Positions 12,847-24,561 of a stretch of 64,000 nt of DNA are shown here, in pieces. How positions within the stretch are numbered: the stretch's first letter is position 1; each line of letters opens with the position of its first letter. Under the pieces are notes generated by a model that ran no database searches, was not told the origin of the DNA, and saw nothing but the letters and a program-made list of their open reading frames with translations. Origin of the DNA: Octopus sinensis (Eukaryota); assembly GCF_006345805.1 (NCBI RefSeq), contig NC_043016.1:11594001-11658000 (forward strand), in the 5' to 3' direction. The translations under genes were made by a program, and so were the position numbers.

Positions 12847-13039
12847 AAGGGAAAGTTTACAAAAATAAACAAAAGACGAAGGCAGGTGGAGTACAAACAA
12901 ACAAATGTATTAGTATAGCGCTCAGGAATAGAAAAAGTCTTTTACATTTCGAGCCTACGCTCTTCGACAGAAAGATACACAGAAAAAAACAAGGAGAGAA
13001 AAAAAATGTGTGTAGTAGCTAACGATCTATCATGGCGTC
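12846..13039 (-). mobile_element. Short Penelope-like pLTR-type repeat with a hammerhead motif, flanked by (TA)n
   Basis: (TA)n on both sides; homologous to 44775-44952 and 19080-19180. Confidence 0.6.
12938..12975 (-). ncRNA. Minimal type I hammerhead ribozyme-like motif with a variant core
   Basis: Minus strand reads TCTTT-CTGTCGA-A-GAGC gtag GCTC-GAAA-TG-TA-AAAGA. Stem I is TCTTT/AAAGA and stem II is GAGC/GCTC. The core has U in place of A6. Confidence 0.5.
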
Positions 13040-13053
13040 TATATATATATATA

Positions 13054-13431
13054 TACTCTTTTACTTGTTTCAATCATTTGACTGCGGCCATGCTGGAGCA
13101 CCGCCTTTAGTCGAGCAAATCGACCCCGGGACTTATTCTTTGTAAGCCCAGTACTTATTCTATCGGTCTCTTTTGCTGAACCGCTAAGTGACGGTGACGT
13201 AAACACACCAGCATCGGTTGTCAAGCAATACTATGGGGACAAACACACACATACACATATATATATACATATATACGACAGGCTTCTTTCGGTTTCCGTC
13301 TACCAAATCCACTCACAAGGCATTGGTCGGCCCGGGGCTATAGCAGAAGACACTTGCCCAAGATGCCACGCAGTGGGACTGAACCCAGAACCATGTGGTT
13401 GGTTAGCAAGCTACTTACCACACAGCCACTC
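13054..13431 (-). mobile_element. SINE family A (tRNA head, CORE-like segment, internal microsatellite)
   Basis: Head GGAGTGGCTGTGTGGTAAG..GGTTCAGTCCC, CCTTGGGCAAGTGTCTT, a (TA/TG)n middle and tail AAACAAGTAAAAGAG. About 25-30 full or partial copies in the window. Probably one of the known octopus tRNA-derived SINE families (not verified). Confidence 0.85.
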
Positions 13432-13703
13432 TTCGCCAGCCTCGTCTGGCACCTGTGTCGGTGGCACATAAAAACACCATCCGGGCGTGGCCGTTCGCCA
13501 GCCTCGTCTGGCACCTCTGTCGGTGGCACATAAAATCACCCACTACACTCTCGGAGTGGTTGGCGTTAGGAAGGGCATCCAGCTGTAAAAACACTGCCAG
13601 ATCTGACTGGCCTGGTGCAGCCTTCGGGCTCCCCAGACCCCAGTTGAACCGTCCAACCCTGCTAGCATGGAAAGCGGACGTTAAATGATGATGATGATGA
13701 TGA

Positions 13704-13706
<3 letters not shown>
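13432..13706 (+). mobile_element. RTE 3' end fragment abutting a SINE A head
   Basis: Two hairpin subunits plus the terminal segment and (GAT)n tail; close to 9170-9461. Confidence 0.85.
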
Positions 13707-13749
<43 letters not shown>

Positions 13750-13882
13750 AGAGAAAAAGAGAGATATTTATTTAAAAATATGTGTATATTAAAACAAAAG
13801 CTGGAAAATTTGATATATTTTTAATTCTATGTTACACATGTTCATTATGGTATATGAAATGCATTACAAATAATAATAATAA

Positions 13883-14364
13883 TTGCCTTGATGCAGTACT
13901 AGGTAGTGACTCTCATTGCTTTTCATCTTAACTGATCAATACCACAGATTGCTTGTCAGTTGTTTTGACCCTAACCAGCTGAGCATGTCCCTTAGTGGCT
14001 GACGATATGTGCATTTCTGATGACAAGCAGAAGTAGTGTGGGAGCATCATAGCCATGTGTTGATAGGAATTCTTGGGGGTTTGAATAATTCACCTGTGGA
14101 AACATGGGTGTTTCGCTCAACATCCTTAAACAAACCTTATTCAGGGACTTTTTGAGCAGCAGGATAGGCTACTGGACCTGGAGAAAATTCTAACTGGGCC
14201 CTACCTGCAAGGTCATGCACTGTTTATCTTGATATGAGATCATTATGTCGCGCTCATATGGTTGTGATGCATGTGTCTGGTGTACCCTTTATCAGATGGG
14301 TAGTCATGATGGGTATACTGAGATTCATATAATTGTACCCCTGGCATGTACTGCTCACTTACTC
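13883..14364. mobile_element. Non-coding ~0.55 kb element flanked by (TAA)n, internally deleted copy
   Basis: Aligns to 53753-54292 and 55196-55753; (AAT)n on both sides. Confidence 0.75.
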
Positions 14365-14379
14365 AATAATAATAATAAT

Positions 14380-15095
14380 CCCTTCTACTATAGGCACAAG
14401 GCCAGAAATTTGGGGAGAGGGGATCTAGTTGATTACATTGACTCCAGTGCATAACTGGTATTTATTTTACCAACTCCAAAAGGATGAAAGGCAAAGTGGA
14501 CCTCAGCAGAAATTGAACTCACAACATAAAGACTGACCAACTGCCACAAAGCATTTTGCCCGGTATGCTAACAACTCTGTGGTATTGTAATAATAAAGGC
14601 GGCGAGCTGGCAGAATCGTTAGCACGCCAGGCGAAATGCGTAGCAGTATTTCGTCTGCCGTTACGTTCTGAGTTCAAATTCCGCCGAGGTCGACTTTGCC
14701 TTTCATCCTTTCGGGGTCGATTAAATAAGTACCAGTTACGCACTGGTGTCGACATAATCGACTTAAACCGTTTGTCTGTTCTTGTTTGTCCCCTCTGTGT
14801 TTAGCCCTTTGTGAGTAGTAAAGAAATAGGTATTGTAATAATAATGATGATGAGGAGGAGGAGGACGACGACGACAATCCTTTCTACTATAGGCACAAAG
14901 CCTGAAGTTTGTGGAGAGGAGCTATTTGATTACATCAACCTCAGTGGTCAAGTGGTACTTATTTTATCAACCTCAAAAGACCGAAAGGCAAAGTTGACCT
15001 CTGCAGAATTTGAACTCAAAGCATAAAGGCAGACAAAATACTACTAGGTAATTTACCCAGTGAGCCAACAATTCTGTCAGCTCAACACCTTAATA
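14380..15095. mobile_element. Three adjacent SINE B copies in -/+/- orientation
   Basis: 14380-14580 (-), 14597-14830 (+; best preserved, head GGCGGCGAGCTGGCAGAATCGTTAGC..GAGTTCAAATTCC) and 14875-15095 (-). Confidence 0.75.
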
Positions 15096-15139
15096 GTAAT
15101 TAGTAGTAGCAGTAGTAGTGGTAGTAGTGTTAGTATTAT

Positions 15140-15345
15140 CATTCAGCGATCTTTTGAGCGGGACGGGCTACTCAACCTGAAGTTTATCTTGATATAAGAT
15201 CACCATATTGTGCACATATGGTTGTGATGCATGTGTCTGGTGTGCCTACCTTATCAGACAGGTAGTCATGACAGGTATATATCAGGCTTCATATATTTTA
15301 CTCCAGTTCACTTTGATGGTATGCATTGCTCTCTCAATAATAATA
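15140..15345. mobile_element. Partial copy of the (TAA)n-flanked element
   Basis: Matches the terminal ~200 bp of 53753-54292. Confidence 0.7.
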
Positions 15346-15621
15346 TAAATATAATAAATTCATAATAGTTGTATGTATGTATGTATGTATGTATGTGTGT
15401 GTGTGTGTGTGTGTGTATGTGTGTATGTATGTATGTAGAAAACAGTAGAGGATCTCCCAGGTCGTGACTCCTCAGACAAAGATTCCAAAATAATATAGAT
15501 GCTGGTGTAAGTGTGTGGTAAGAAGTTTTCAAGTTCAGTCCCACTATGTGGTATCTCAGTTGAGTGTCTTACCCTAATTACTATAATTTTGTATCTATGT
15601 TCACTTAGTTTATTGAATTAA

Positions 15622-15842
15622 CCCTTTTGTTAGCATATTTCTGTTGAGATGTTCTATATTTCTTTCAGTTAATTTTAAATATAACAAAGAATTTAGTAAA
15701 ATAACTTGGTTATGATTAAGTTAATGTTGGAAACATAAATTGTGACTAAGGTTTGGTGGAAGATTTTAATTCAGAACTTTTGAAAACGTGACATTTATAC
15801 TACAGAGCCAGAAGCGGTTTCAACCAGGTTGGTATCAAAAGG
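15622..15842. mobile_element. piggyBac-like MITE, family 1
   Basis: TTAA|CCCTTTTG...CAAAAGG|TTAC; inverted relative to 16605-16826. Confidence 0.7.
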
Positions 15843-16604
15843 TTACAAATTGTTTCTCTATTATATATTTTAAATGAGGTCTTTTTTTTTTTCTCAAATC
15901 ACTGAAACTACTAGGGGAAGCTACCCCCACTTTTCTTTTTTGGAGGGTGTTTTTTTTTCCTTCCATAAAGGTGTGGCTGTTTAGTTAAGTAATCTTCTTC
16001 CCTAGTGCATGGTTTTAGGTTCGGTTCCACAGCATGGTACCTTAAACACCTTGTGAATAGGTCAAGTTGGCAGAGACTGAAAGAAGTGTGTCATATGTGT
16101 ATATATATATGTGTGTGTATATGTGTGTGTGCTTGTGTATTTGTTTCTCCTTGTTTTGGCATAATGCAAAGGCTGTAAGTGAGCCTCACCATCAGAAGCA
16201 GTGTTGTTTGCTTCCAGTCTCCTACAAAAACATGTCTGGCCAAGAGAAAAGCATTACTTGGAAACAGGTGAGGGTTGATGACAGGAAGAGCATCCATCTG
16301 CCCCACTCGAGCATATGAAAGTGCAATATTAAAACAGTGGTCATTGATTGCAATGGTAATGTCTCCGATGCGTATGCTAAATAGTGAACATGTGAAGGTG
16401 CGTGACTTAATGGTTAGAGTAATCAGTTCATAGTCATAAAGTTGTGAGTTCAATTCCTGGCAGTGCATTGTGTCCTTGAGCAAGACACTTCATTCCATGT
16501 TGCACCAGTTCACTAAGATAGCAAAAATGAGTTGTGCCTGTAATTCAGTTGGCCAACATTGTCACATTGTGTGTCACACTGAATCTCCTTGAGAACTACG
16601 TTAA

Positions 16605-16826
16605 CCCTTTTGATACCAACCCGGTTGAAACCGGCTCTGGCTCTGTAGTATAAATGTCTTGTTTTCATAAGTTTTGAATTAAAATCTTCCACCAAACCTT
16701 AGTCACAATTTATGTTCCTAACACTAGCTTAATGATAACTAAGTTATTTTACTAAATTCTTTGTTATATTTAAAATTAACTGAAGGAAACACAGAGCATC
16801 TCAACAGAAATATGGTAACGAAAGGG
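16605..16826. mobile_element. piggyBac-like MITE, family 1, inserted at a TTAA inside a SINE
   Basis: GAGAACTACG-TTAA|CCCTTTTG...AAAGGG|TCAA. A further truncated copy lies at 16856-17015. Confidence 0.75.
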
Positions 16827-17072
16827 TCAAAATATATAATAAAGAAACAATTCTTAATCCTTTCATTACCAACCTGCCTGAAACCACCTCTTGGTCTGTA
16901 GTACAAATGTCTTGTTTTCAAAAGTTCTGAATTAAAATCTTCTACCAAACCTTAGTCAAAATTTATGTTCCTAACATTAGCTTAATGATAACTAAGTTAT
17001 TTCACTAAATTCTTTGCGGTGCTCCAGCATGGCCGCAATCAAAATGACTGAAACAAGTAAAAGAGTAAAAGA

Positions 17073-17115
<43 letters not shown>

Positions 17116-17972
17116 ATCATCTTCATCATTTAATGTCCACTTTCAATGCTGGCATGGGTTGGACAGTTTGACTGGAACTGGTAATTTCGGAGAGCTGCAT
17201 CAGGTTTCAGTCTTGGTTTCTATGGATGGATGCCCTTCCTAATGCCACAACCACCCTGCAAGTGTAGTGGGTGCCTTTTACATGTCACCATCACTGTCAC
17301 TGCTGCCATTACATGCCACTGGCACACGTGTTTTTATGTGTTGCCAGCACAAGTGTTGTAATGTCACGCTGGCAGAAGTGCTGTAACGTGTCACTGGCAT
17401 GGATTCTGTAATGCAGAATATCCATTGATGACATCCCTGCTGAGGTAGGCATAGCTTATTGTGATGCCACGTTGCAAAAGAAAAAAGAAAAAAAATATAA
17501 ATAAAAATAAAATATAAAAAAGAGATTCTTACAAAGAATAGATGTTATAAAGAAGTTCTTGCAGAATTCTTGCTACGTGATAGAATTTAATGAAAAACTA
17601 CCAATAACAGAAACATTTAAAGAGAAGAAAAATTCATATCTCAAACTTTTCACAACTTATACTTGACAGTCTAACATTTAAATTTTGTGTGTGTGTGTGT
17701 AGAAATATATATATATATATCATCATCATCATTGTTTAACGTCCACTTTTCATGCTAGCATGGGTTGGACGATTTGACTGAGGACTGGCGAACCAGATGG
17801 CTATGCCAGGCTCCAATCTGATCTGGCAGAGTTTCTACAGCTGGATGCCCTTCGTAACGCCAACCACTCTGAGAGTGTAGTGGGTGCTTTTACATGCCAC
17901 TGGCACAAGGGCCAGTCTGGCGGTACTGGAAATGGCCACACTCGAAAATGGTGTATGTATGTATGTATGTAT

Positions 17973-18427
17973 GCAGGAGTGGCTGTGTGGTAAGTAGCTT
18001 GCTAACCAACCACATGGTTCCGGGTTCAGTCCCACTGCGTGCATCTTGGGCAAGTGTCTTCTGCTATAGCCCGGCCGACCAATGCCTTGTGAGTGGATTT
18101 GGTAGACGGAAACTGAAAGAAGCCTGTCGTTAATATGTGTGTGTGTGTGTATGTATATATTATATATTATATATGTATATATATATATATATATAATATA
18201 TATAATAATGTATGTATGTATGTGTGTCTGTGTTGTCTCCCTAGCATTGCTTGACAACCGATGCTGGTGTGTTTACGTCCCCGCACTTAGCGGTTCGGCA
18301 AAAGAGACCGATAGAATAAGTACTGGGCTTAAAAAGAATAAGTCCCGGTGTTCGATTTGCTCGACTAAAGGTGGTGCTACAGCATGGCCACAGTCAAATG
18401 ACTGAAAAAAGTAAAAGAGTAAAAGAG
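17973..18427 (+). mobile_element. SINE family A, full length, followed by a second tail copy (18430-18546)
   Basis: Head, microsatellite and tail all present. Confidence 0.85.
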
Positions 18428-18932
18428 CAATAGACCGATAGAATAAGTACTAGGCTTCCAAAGAACAAGTCCTGGGGTCGATTTGCTCGACTAAAGGTTG
18501 TGCTCCAGCATGGCCGCAGTCAAAATGACTGAAACGAGTAAAAGAGGCTGTTCCATCAATTGGATCAACTGTAATACTCATCATGGAAACTGACGGAATA
18601 CCAGTTAGTATACAAGTGCTGTAGATAACACTTAGCATTTTGTATGTTTATGGTAATGTATCTGTTGAATGTAATGGCTGCTGGCCATAGATGCTGTTTG
18701 ATGTTATTGATAAGAGGAGAGAGAGAGAGAGGGAGACGTATTCTGTGGGTGCTATTTTTAAAATAAATGTTTGGAGCTAGTTTTCTAGGTCTTTCATGTG
18801 TAATTAGAATGGTTGTGTCACTTTATATCTGTAGAATAATGAGACGAGGTAAGTAATGTCATGACTGTGAAGTTGTGTGTATATGTATACGTGTGTGTGT
18901 GTGTGTGTGTGTGTATGTAATATATATACATA

Positions 18933-19412
18933 GGCGCAGGAGTGGCTGTGTGGTAAGTAGCTTGCGAACCAGCCAGATGGTTCCGGGTTCAGTCCCACTG
19001 CGTGGCATCTTGGGCAAGTGTCTTCTGCTATAGCCCCGGGCCGACCAATGCCTTGTGAGTGGATTTGGTAGACGGAAACACTAATACAATTGTTTGTTTG
19101 TATTCCACCTGCCTTCGTCTTTTGTTTATTTCCGTAAACCTGCCTTCGTCTTTTGTCTATTTTCATAAAGCTTCCCGTTATATATATATGTATATGTATG
19201 TGTGTTTGTGTGTCTGTGTTTGTCCCCGTAGCATTGCTTGACAACCGATGCTGGTGTGTTTACGTCCCCGTCACTTAGCGTTCGGCAAAAAGGACTGATA
19301 GAATAAGTACTGGGCTTAAAAAGAATAAGTCCCAGGGTCGATTTGCTCGACTAAAGGCGGTGCTCCAGCATGCCGCAATCAAAATGACTGAAACAAGTAA
19401 AGAGTAAAAGAG
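18933..19412 (+). mobile_element. SINE family A with a fragment of the hammerhead-associated repeat in its microsatellite (19080-19180)
   Basis: The SINE sequence is replaced after GGAAAC by ACTAATACAATTG...CTTCCCGTTATAT. This insert shares an internal ~31 bp duplication with 44846-44952. Confidence 0.8.
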
Positions 19413-19451
<39 letters not shown>

Positions 19452-21784
19452 ATCATCTTCATCATTTAATGTCCACTTTCAATGCTGGCATGGGTTGGAC
19501 AGTTTGACTGGAACTGGTATTTCGGAGAGCTGCATCAGGTTTCAGTCTTGGTTTCTATGGATGGATGCCCTTCCTAATGCCACAACCACCCTGCAAGTGT
19601 AGTGGGTGCCTTTTACATGTCACCATCACTGTCACTGCTGCCATTACATGCCACTGGCACACGTGTTTTATGTGTTGCAGCACAAGTGTTGTAATGTCAC
19701 GCTGGGAAGTGCTGTAACGTGTCACTGGCATGGATTCTGTAATGCAGAATATCCATTGATGACATCCCTGCTGAGGTAGGCATAGCTTATTGTGATGCAC
19801 TGTTGCAAAAAGAAAAGAAAAATAATAAAATAAAAATAAAATATAAAAAAGAGATTCTTACAAAGAATAGATGTTATAAAGAAGTTCTTGCAGAATTCTT
19901 GCTACGTGATAGAATTTAATGAAAAACTACCAATAACAGAAACATTTAAAGAGAAGAAAAATTCATATCTCAAACTTTTCACAACTTATACTTGACAGTC
20001 TAACATTTAAATTTTGTGTGTGTGTGTGTAGAAATATATATATATATATCATCATCATCATTGTTTAACGTCCACTTTTCATCATGCTAGCATGGGTTGG
20101 ACGATTTGACTGAGGACTGGCGAACCAGATGGCTATGCCAGGCTCCAATCTGATCTGGCAGAGTTTCTACAGCTGGATGCCCTTCGTAACGCCAACCACT
20201 CTGAGAGTGTAGTGGGTGCTTTTACATGCCACTGGCACAAGGGCCAGTCTGGCGGTACTGGAAATGGCCACACTCGAAAATGGTGTATGTTGATGTATGT
20301 ATGCAGGAGTGGCTGTGTGGTAAGTAGCTTGCTAACCAACACATGGTTCCGGGTTCAGTCCCACTGCGTTGGCATCTTGGGCAAGTGTCTTCTGCTATAG
20401 CCCCGGTCCGCCCATGCCTTGTGAGTGGATTTGGTAGACGGAAACTGAAAGAAGCCTGCCGTATATATGTATATATATATATGTGTGTGTGTGTGTTTGA
20501 GTGTCTGTGTTTTTTTGTCCCCCTAGCATTGCTTGACAACCGATGCTGGTGTGTTTACGTCCCGTCACTTAGTGTTCGGCAAAAGAGACCGATAGAATAA
20601 GTACTGGGCTTACAAAGAATAAGTCCCGGTCGATTTGCTCGACTAAAGGCGGTGCTCCAGCATGGCCGCAGTCAAATGCTGAAACAAGTAAAAAGTATAT
20701 ATATATATATACTGCTTGTTGTGTGTAGAGGAAGTATCAGCCAGATGAAGTTCATTGAGGCAGATTATTCTATGGCTGGATGCTCTTCCTATCACCAACC
20801 CTCACCTATTTCCAAGGAAGGTAATATTTTCCCCCATGGCTGGACATAGTTTTACAGAAGATTGGAAACAAATGACATTGCTTGTGAGACAGTGACACTC
20901 ATTTATGACTTGTGTGGGATATTAAGAGGAGACAAACACACACACACACACATGCGCACACACACAAACACATGCGCACACACACAAACACATGCTCACG
21001 CACACAAACACATGCTCATGCACACACACACGCAAACACATACATCTATATATCTTTTATCTCTTACTTGTTTGTCATTTAGACTGTGGCCAAGCTGGGG
21101 CACCGCTGTGATGAATTTTAGTCCAATACATCAACCCCAGTTCTACCTTACCTTTTTTTTTTAGAAGCCTGGTACTTAATTTTTTGGTTTCTTTTGTTGA
21201 ACTGCTAAGTAACAGGGTTGTATGCATGCCAACACTGGTTGTCAAGCAGTAATGGAGGCTAAATACACACACACACACACGTGTGTGTGTGTGTGTGTGT
21301 CAAATCAATTCATAAAGCCTTGGGTGGCCCAAAGCTATAGTAGAAGACACTTGCCCAAGGTACTACACAGTGGCTGAACCTGGAACCATGTGGTCTATTT
21401 TTTGACATGCTGGCCCCCTACACAGCACTGCCAGTCCTCCACACACCACTACTAGTGCCCACACCCAGCACCACCAGTCCACAACGCACCATTGCCAGTC
21501 ACCACACTGCATGACAAATACTGATTACACTTAATTTTAAACCACTATTGGGTTAGCAACTAACTCTACCATTTTTGCTTGGTCTGAGCATATTCCTCGA
21601 CAGCCATTTATTTAATTCTCATTCATTTCTAAACTGACTGCTTTGTCTTCTGAGAAGGCATTTTCAATAAAAGGCCTCCTCTGCAGCAGCTAAAGCACAA
21701 AGAAACATCATTGAGATTTAATGGCTTTATTAGTTCACAGGAAAATCTTTTATGTGTAGTCTATGTTACTGTTAATAATCTTAC

Positions 21785-21823
21785 ATAACCGGTTTTTTGT
21801 TAATTCAAACTCGTAATTTGATA
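21785..21823 (-). CDS. Candidate 39-nt phase-1 symmetric exon (xSNYEFELTKNRL)
   Basis: Minus strand ccttttattttcag|TATCAA...GGTTAT|gtaaga. Only phase 1 is open. It lies in a non-repetitive island. No homology recognised. Confidence 0.3.
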
Positions 21824-22062
21824 CTGAAAATAAAAGGATAATTAATCAAATGTAAACTTTTTACTGCAGTTTTAGTGATAAAGCAATTTATTTAATATAG
21901 ATCTTAAAAGTTTGTTTGCTCATTCATTTACAACTTGCTGTTCAGTGAGGTTTCCATTGATCGTGTGATGTAGTGTGTTGTCATGTTTATTTATTGAACA
22001 CATCATTTTCTGTTGACGTTGACAATATTTCCTCAGGCTTTTAATGCATTTGTAATATATAA

Positions 22063-22111
<49 letters not shown>

Positions 22112-22979
22112 ATCATCATCATAGTATATATTGTATATTCATATTATGGCAGAAGAATGGCCAAGGAGTGTTCAGTACATTTTTAAGAAGATATAGTGTT
22201 TTTCCATGAAACTACAAATGAGTTTTGTTTCACACCATTGCTATCTTCGGCCAAGTATTCACGCCTGAAGATCACAGTGGCATGAAACTCAAGTCAAAAG
22301 TCAAATACTCAGTTTCAGTTTCAGTAATAAAACTATGATAAAACTACAAGTAAGAGATATCATAATCTACATGTCTTCAAAAATAGAAAACCAGTTGCTG
22401 ACCTGTTGACAGGCAAAGTGACATGAATGCCAAAACTTATAGCTGACTGAATTTTCAGAGGAAGTGCCGATGTAAACAAACAAAACCATGTATGCACACA
22501 TACACACAGATATGCATACACATAGACAACAGGCTTCTTACAGTTTCCCTCAACTAAATTCACTCACATGGCTTTGGTTAGCTCAAGGCTTACAGTAAAA
22601 GACTCTTGCCCAAAGCAGATGTCGATAGATCATTCCTGAGTCAAATAGTCATAGGGCCAGTTTCCTAGTTTCTGTGGTGCATATATTCTCCCCCCCCGCC
22701 CACCCCACCCCTAGATGGGACACTGATCCATCACAGGATTACTTATTCTTGCCAGCTGAGTGAACTGGAGAAACATGAAAGCAAGTGTCTTGCTCAAGAA
22801 CACAACGCATTGCCTGGTACAGGAATTGAAACCACAGTCTTACGATCCTCAGTCCACTGCCCTCACCACTAAGTCATGCACCTCTATAAGGTGTTATGAA
22901 GTGGAAATGAACCTGAGACCATGTGGTTGGGAACTAAATTCCTCATCACACACACACACACACATCCATGCCTCCACCA

Positions 22980-23035
<56 letters not shown>

Positions 23036-23109
23036 GTATGTGTGTGTATGTATGTGTGTGTATGTATATGTGTGTGTGTGTGTAAGTATGTATAGCAGAT
23101 ACAAGTGTC

Positions 23110-23303
23110 ACGTAAATGGCACCCGTGTCAGTGGCATTTAAAAGCAGCCTTTACACTCTCATAGTGGTTGGCATTAGGAAGGGCATCCAACCATAGAAAA
23201 CCATGCTAAATCAGACTAGTCTGGCACAGCCTTCCAACTTACCAGCCCTGCTCAAACCATCCAACCCATGCCAGCATGGACAACAGACGTTAAATGATGA
23301 TGA
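23110..23303 (+). mobile_element. RTE 3' end fragment
   Basis: GTGGTTGGCATTAGGAAGGGCATCC...GACGTTAAATGATGATG. Confidence 0.7.
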
Positions 23304-23324
23304 GATATATATATATATAAGGAA

Positions 23325-23449
23325 TGGCTCTGACGAAAGTAGCATTAATTTTCATAGGTCATTCAGTTTATGTCCGTTGATCAATAGACCAATTGAGTAA
23401 ACCTATCAATAATGTACCTATAACGACTACTGGAAACAGTTGTAAGCTA
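23325..23449 (+). ncRNA. Type I hammerhead ribozyme-like motif with an intact core and an 84-nt stem II extension
   Basis: TGGCT-CTGACGA-A-AGTAG-(84 nt)-CTACT-G-GAAA-CAGTTG-TA-AGCTA. Stem I is TGGCT/AGCTA, stem II is AGTAG/CTACT, and the GUA cleavage triplet ends at 23444. Confidence 0.6.
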
Positions 23450-23509
23450 GATTTGTTCCAATAAAGGAATTATATGTAATGACCATTATTTTCAATTTGT
23501 TTCTTATAT

Positions 23510-23897
23510 GATGGAAGCACTCAGTCGGTTACGACGACGAGGATTCCAGTTGATCCGAATCAACGGAACAGCCTGCTCGTGAAATTAACGTGTAAGTGGC
23601 TGAGCACTCCACAGACACGTGTACCCTTAACGTAGTTCTCAGGGATATTCAGTGTGACACAGAGAGTGACAAGGCCGGCTCCTTGAAATACAGGTACAAC
23701 AGAAACAGGAAGTAAGAGTGAGAGAAAGTTGTGGTGAAAGAGTACAGCAGGGATCACCACCTTCCCCTGCCGGAGCCTCGTGGAGCTTTTAGGTGTTTTC
23801 GCTCAATAAACACACACAACGCCCGGTCTGGGAATCGAAACCGCGATCCTATGAATGCAAGTCCGCTGCCCTAACCACTGGGCCATTGCGCCTCCAC
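23510..23897 (-). mobile_element. SINE family C (tRNA-derived), full length with a 12-bp TSD
   Basis: Head GGAGGCGCAATGGCCCAGTGGTTAGGG..GGTTTCGATTCCC. TGTTTCTTATAT is duplicated at 23498-23509 and 23898-23909. A deleted copy lies at 60472-60735. Confidence 0.85.
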
Positions 23898-24157
23898 TGT
23901 TTCTTATATATCACTCTGTAAAAACCAGTCTATATGACGTTCATCCATGGATTTACCATATAGAGTTATGATAATCCATAAACTGGAACCCTACCTAACT
24001 GGGTCACCTGGAGTTTTTCGCTAATCTAAGTAATATAGTTAGCCAGGTGTGTTCACAGATTATCAATCTGGACAAAAATACTTTGTAATCTCTCACTATT
24101 TGTTTTGTTGTGTGTGTGTGTGTGTGCGCGCGTGCGCGCACCCGATTCTAATTATAT

Positions 24158-24561
24158 TACCCTTTTACTTGTTTCAGTCATTTGACTGTGGCCATGCTGG
24201 AGCACTGCCTTTAGTCGATCAAATCGACCCCAGGACTTATTCTTTGTAAGCCTTGTACTTATTTTATCGGTCTCGTTTTGCTGAACCGCTAAGTTACGGG
24301 GGACGTATACACACCAGATTCAGTTGTCAAGCGATGTTGGGGGGGACAAACACAGACACACAAACATACACGCACACATATCTATATATATATACACATA
24401 TATATGACGGGCTTCATTCAGTTTCTGTCTACCAAATCCACTCACAAGGCTTTGGTCGGCCCGAGACTATAGTAGAAGACACTTACCCAAGGTGCCACGC
24501 AGTGGGACTGAACCCTGAACCATGTGGTTCATAAGCAAGCTACTTACCACACAGCCACTCC
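24158..24561 (-). mobile_element. SINE family A
   Basis: Full head-to-tail match to the family. Confidence 0.8.

Larger units (their letters stand above)
17017..20700. repeat. Near-identical ~1.4 kb direct duplication (17017-18427 vs 19357-20700)
   Basis: Same order of SINE tail, RTE fragment, unique AT-rich segment, RTE fragment and SINE A. The differences I saw are mostly 1-nt indels. Confidence 0.85.

Noticed and set aside
18789-18848. Plus-strand 60-nt exon-like segment with a perfect GAG|GTAAGT donor
   Set aside because: It has a weak acceptor context and an unremarkable peptide. It shows that such matches arise by chance, which is why the minus-strand exon calls are low confidence.
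23820-23897. tRNA-like heads of SINE families A, B and C as tRNA genes
   Set aside because: They have A/B boxes but no complete cloverleaf and continue into SINE bodies.
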